From contig CAWCAG010000001.1 in the NCBI GenBank assembly GCA_963793425.1, forward strand, positions 1-64,000: a DNA stretch of 64,000 nucleotides, written 5' to 3'. Below the pieces are notes generated by a model. That model ran no database searches. It was not told the origin of the DNA and saw nothing but the letters and a program-made list of their open reading frames with translations. Shown one piece after another: positions 61,503 to 64,000 of the stretch (position 1 is the first letter of the stretch; each line of letters starts with the position of its first letter). Origin of the DNA: an uncultured cyanobacterium. GTDB taxonomy: Bacteria; Cyanobacteriota; Cyanobacteriia; Cyanobacteriales; CAWCAG01. A program made the position numbers and the translations under genes.

Positions 61503-62099
61503 TTATAATTTATTTTGGAACGAACGGTTAGATAAGACTGCTAAAGTCACCTCAACAATATCTTGCAAAACTTGAGTATCAGGTTTTGCCTTGGCCATAA
61601 CGCTTAAACCATTGGCACTGCTAGTCAAATAACGAGCGATCGCTCTTAAATTCAGACTTGGCTCAATTTCTCCTTTTGCTTGCCCATAAATCAAAGCTTG
61701 ATAAAAAGCATCTTCCATTTGTTGAAGATGAGCAGTAATTTTAGTTGCTGTATCTTGGTCATGAAGTGCCAACTCCACTAAGGTATTGGTCATTAAGCAA
61801 CCTTTACACTCTTTTTTGGTGGTGTAATATCTCAGAAGATTAGCAAAAAAGTTTCGGATAGCCGTAATTCCTTGAGGAGATGTCGCTAACTTTTTTAGGG
61901 CTAAACCATCGCCATAACGATCTAAAGCAGCGAGAAAGAGGCGGTGCTTATCACCAAAGGTATCATAGAGACTAGCTCGATTGATGCCCATATGCTCAAC
62001 CAAATCACTAATAGAAGTTGCTTCATAACCTTTGTACCAAAACAACTCCATCGCTTTTTTTAGTACTTCGTCCCGATCAAATTCTTTCTGTCTGGCCAT
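61503..62099 (-). CDS. TetR/AcrR family transcriptional regulator
   Basis: MARQKEFD..F..KGYEATS...GINRASLY.TFGDK, GCL motif. Confidence 0.93.
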   Translation of the reverse strand: MARQKEFDRDEVLKKAMELFWYKGYEATSISDLVEHMGINRASLYDTFGDKHRLFLAALDRYGDGLALKKLATSPQGITAIRNFFANLLRYYTTKKECKGCLMTNTLVELALHDQDTATKITAHLQQMEDAFYQALIYGQAKGEIEPSLNLRAIARYLTSSANGLSVMAKAKPDTQVLQDIVEVTLAVLSNRSFQNKL

Positions 62100-62305
62100 T
62101 TATTGCTTTTTGCTACGCCTCTATCCCCTATTTAAGTAGGAAATCTCTGAATTATCTAGCTAAAGCTACAATAATCAAGTGAAAAATGCTCCCTACTCTA
62201 ACAAATTAAGCCATGCAACAAAGGCAGATTTTGTATAACATGATGCAAAGATTTAGTTAAACCCCGGTTAAGATAAACTTAATAGACAAACTTCGGTTAG
62301 AAAAA

Positions 62306-63619
62306 TTGCAGACACTAACTTCGCAAGTTAACCAAACAGATTTTCCTGCCAGTATCTTCAAATTGGATAACGGTTTAACAGTTATCCATCAACAAATAGC
62401 TGCAACTCCTGTGGTAGTAGCAGATGTTTGGGTAAAGGCAGGGGCAATTAGAGAACCCTTAGAATGGTCAGGAATGGCTCATTTTCTGGAGCATATGGTT
62501 TTTAAAGGAACTAAACGTATTGCTCCGGGAATGTTTGACCAAATAATTGAAAGTCGCGGCGGTATAACGAATGCAGCAACAGGCCACGACTATGCCCATT
62601 TCTATTTGACCACAGCATCTACTTACCTAGGCGATACCTTACCTCATTTAGGAGAAATTCTTCTCCAAGCAGAAATTCATGAGGTCGAATTTATGCGGGA
62701 ACGTGAGGTGGTAATAGAAGAAATGTACTCTTGTTACGATGATCCAGATTGGTTGGGTTTCCAGGCTTTATGTAGCACCCTTTACCAACAACATCCCTAC
62801 GGACGTTCTATTTTAGGGGAAGAAGAACAGTTAAAAGGTTATACCCCCAACCAAATGCGTTGTTTTCATGCTTCCCACTATCAACCGGAGAATATAACTG
62901 TTTCTCTTGTTGGTGGAGTTTGCCAAGAAGAAGCTTTGTCCTTAGCAACAGAGGCTTTTGGCAACTTCAAAACCCGTTCAGAATCTCCTCCTTGCTTAGT
63001 AGAAGCAGAACCACCCTTAACGGAAAATCGCCGTAGAGAACTGCACCTACCTCGCTTAGAACAGGCAAGGCTGTTAATGGCTTGGATAGGGCCTGGCATC
63101 GGAGAAACTGTTGGTAGCTTAATCGATATTAAAGCACAATCTCCCCTGAAAGATGCTTATAGTTTAGACCTTTTAGCTGCCATCTTAGCTAGCGGTCGTT
63201 CCTCAAGATTGGTACGGGAACTGCGGGAAGAAAAACGCCTCATCCAAGATATTAGCTGTGATTTTTCTCTCCAGCAAGATTCTAGCCTCTTCACCATCAG
63301 CGCCTGGTTAGATGCTGAAAACTTAGAAGAAGTAGAAACCATTATCCGGAATCGCCTCCAAGAATTACAAACAACTCCCGTTAAACCAGAAGAATTAAAT
63401 CGCAGCAAACGCCTACTCTGCAATGACTACGCCTTTTCCACCGAAACCCCAAGCCAACTAGCAGGTTTATACGGTTACTACAACACTGTAGCCACAGCCG
63501 AATTATCTGTGGTCTATCCCTTCGGTATCCAAAGAACAACTGAGTTAGATTTACAACGCATCGCCAATCAATATCTTTCACCAGAACGATATGCAGTTAC
63601 AGTAGTAGTTGGTTGTTAA
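62306..63619 (+). CDS. M16 family zinc metallopeptidase (catalytic subunit)
   Basis: HFLEH (HxxEH) motif. Confidence 0.93.
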   Translation: MQTLTSQVNQTDFPASIFKLDNGLTVIHQQIAATPVVVADVWVKAGAIREPLEWSGMAHFLEHMVFKGTKRIAPGMFDQIIESRGGITNAATGHDYAHFYLTTASTYLGDTLPHLGEILLQAEIHEVEFMREREVVIEEMYSCYDDPDWLGFQALCSTLYQQHPYGRSILGEEEQLKGYTPNQMRCFHASHYQPENITVSLVGGVCQEEALSLATEAFGNFKTRSESPPCLVEAEPPLTENRRRELHLPRLEQARLLMAWIGPGIGETVGSLIDIKAQSPLKDAYSLDLLAAILASGRSSRLVRELREEKRLIQDISCDFSLQQDSSLFTISAWLDAENLEEVETIIRNRLQELQTTPVKPEELNRSKRLLCNDYAFSTETPSQLAGLYGYYNTVATAELSVVYPFGIQRTTELDLQRIANQYLSPERYAVTVVVGC

Positions 63620-63637
63620 ATAACTGATGATTAGATA

Positions 63638-64000
63638 ATGCCTGTCGAGCAAACTCAGAAGATTCATAGTGAAGTTTTAGCTAACGGTATCAAAATACTA
63701 TTTGTAGAAAATCCTGCTGCGGATATTATTTCTGGTCGGATTTTTTTTAAAGATGCTGGCATGAGGGCAATACCCCAAAAAAAGGCAGGACTAACTCATT
63801 TATTAGCCTCTGTAATCACCAAAGGAACTCAAGGATTATCCTCTGCCCAAATAGCGGAACGGATTGAATCTGTGGGGGCAAGTTTAGGGGCAGATGCCGC
63901 AGCAGATTACTTTTTAATCAGTCTTAAAACTGTTTCTAAAGACTTCTCGGCTATTTTCCAACTTGCAGGAGAAATTCTGCGATCGCCAAGCTTTCCTCAA
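63638..64000 (+). CDS. M16 family peptidase, second (non-catalytic-type) subunit, partial
   Basis: MPVEQTQKIHSEVLANGIK...GLTHLLASVITKGT...IESVGASL; lacks HxxEH; runs off the window. Confidence 0.85.
   Translation, partial: MPVEQTQKIHSEVLANGIKILFVENPAADIISGRIFFKDAGMRAIPQKKAGLTHLLASVITKGTQGLSSAQIAERIESVGASLGADAAADYFLISLKTVSKDFSAIFQLAGEILRSPSFPQ

Larger units (their letters stand above)
1133..63985. repeat. HIP1 octamer GCGATCGC dispersed through the window
   Basis: Roughly 30 copies seen by eye (e.g. near 1133, 1779, 5113, 11106, 17616, 21604, 25940, 54082, 61261, 63978); none seen in 14462-17520 or ~37100-48300. Confidence 0.9.

Overview
Cyanobacterial chromosomal window, judged from the many HIP1 octamers (GCGATCGC) and the gene set; the species cannot be determined from this sequence. 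Core genes include murB/murC, gap2, argZ, ubiC, fbp-tal-zwf-opcA, ispG, cysH and a pair of M16 peptidases. Accessory blocks sit between them. (i) The best candidate for an undescribed system is a ~3 kb HIP1-free three-gene cassette (14500-17341) flanked by a duplicated 3' end of an aldo/keto reductase gene. It encodes a small Bell/HeLo-like helical protein, an NB-ARC/TPR (NLR-like) protein and an unknown beta-rich protein. The C-terminus of the small protein and the N-terminus of the NLR share a 22-aa motif (12 identities, core D-[ML]-YVINNP-x-G-x-L). This is the architecture of NLR-amyloid cell-death/immune signalling pairs. (ii) An AT-rich Wzx/Wzy locus for a sulfated, O-methylated glycan, with one FkbM gene truncated by a 98-bp MITE. 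(iii) Two dense arrays of Uma2/DUF29/PIN/PD-(D/E)XK genes flanking that locus, including a 1.25-kb direct duplication. (iv) Two IS200/IS605 tnpB elements (one intact ORF, one frameshifted), three MITEs, REP-like hairpins, and three copies of a ~48-bp covarying structured mini-repeat that has inserted in-frame twice into one tnpB. No CRISPR array, tRNA or rRNA was seen. All family assignments come from motif recognition by eye, not database searches.
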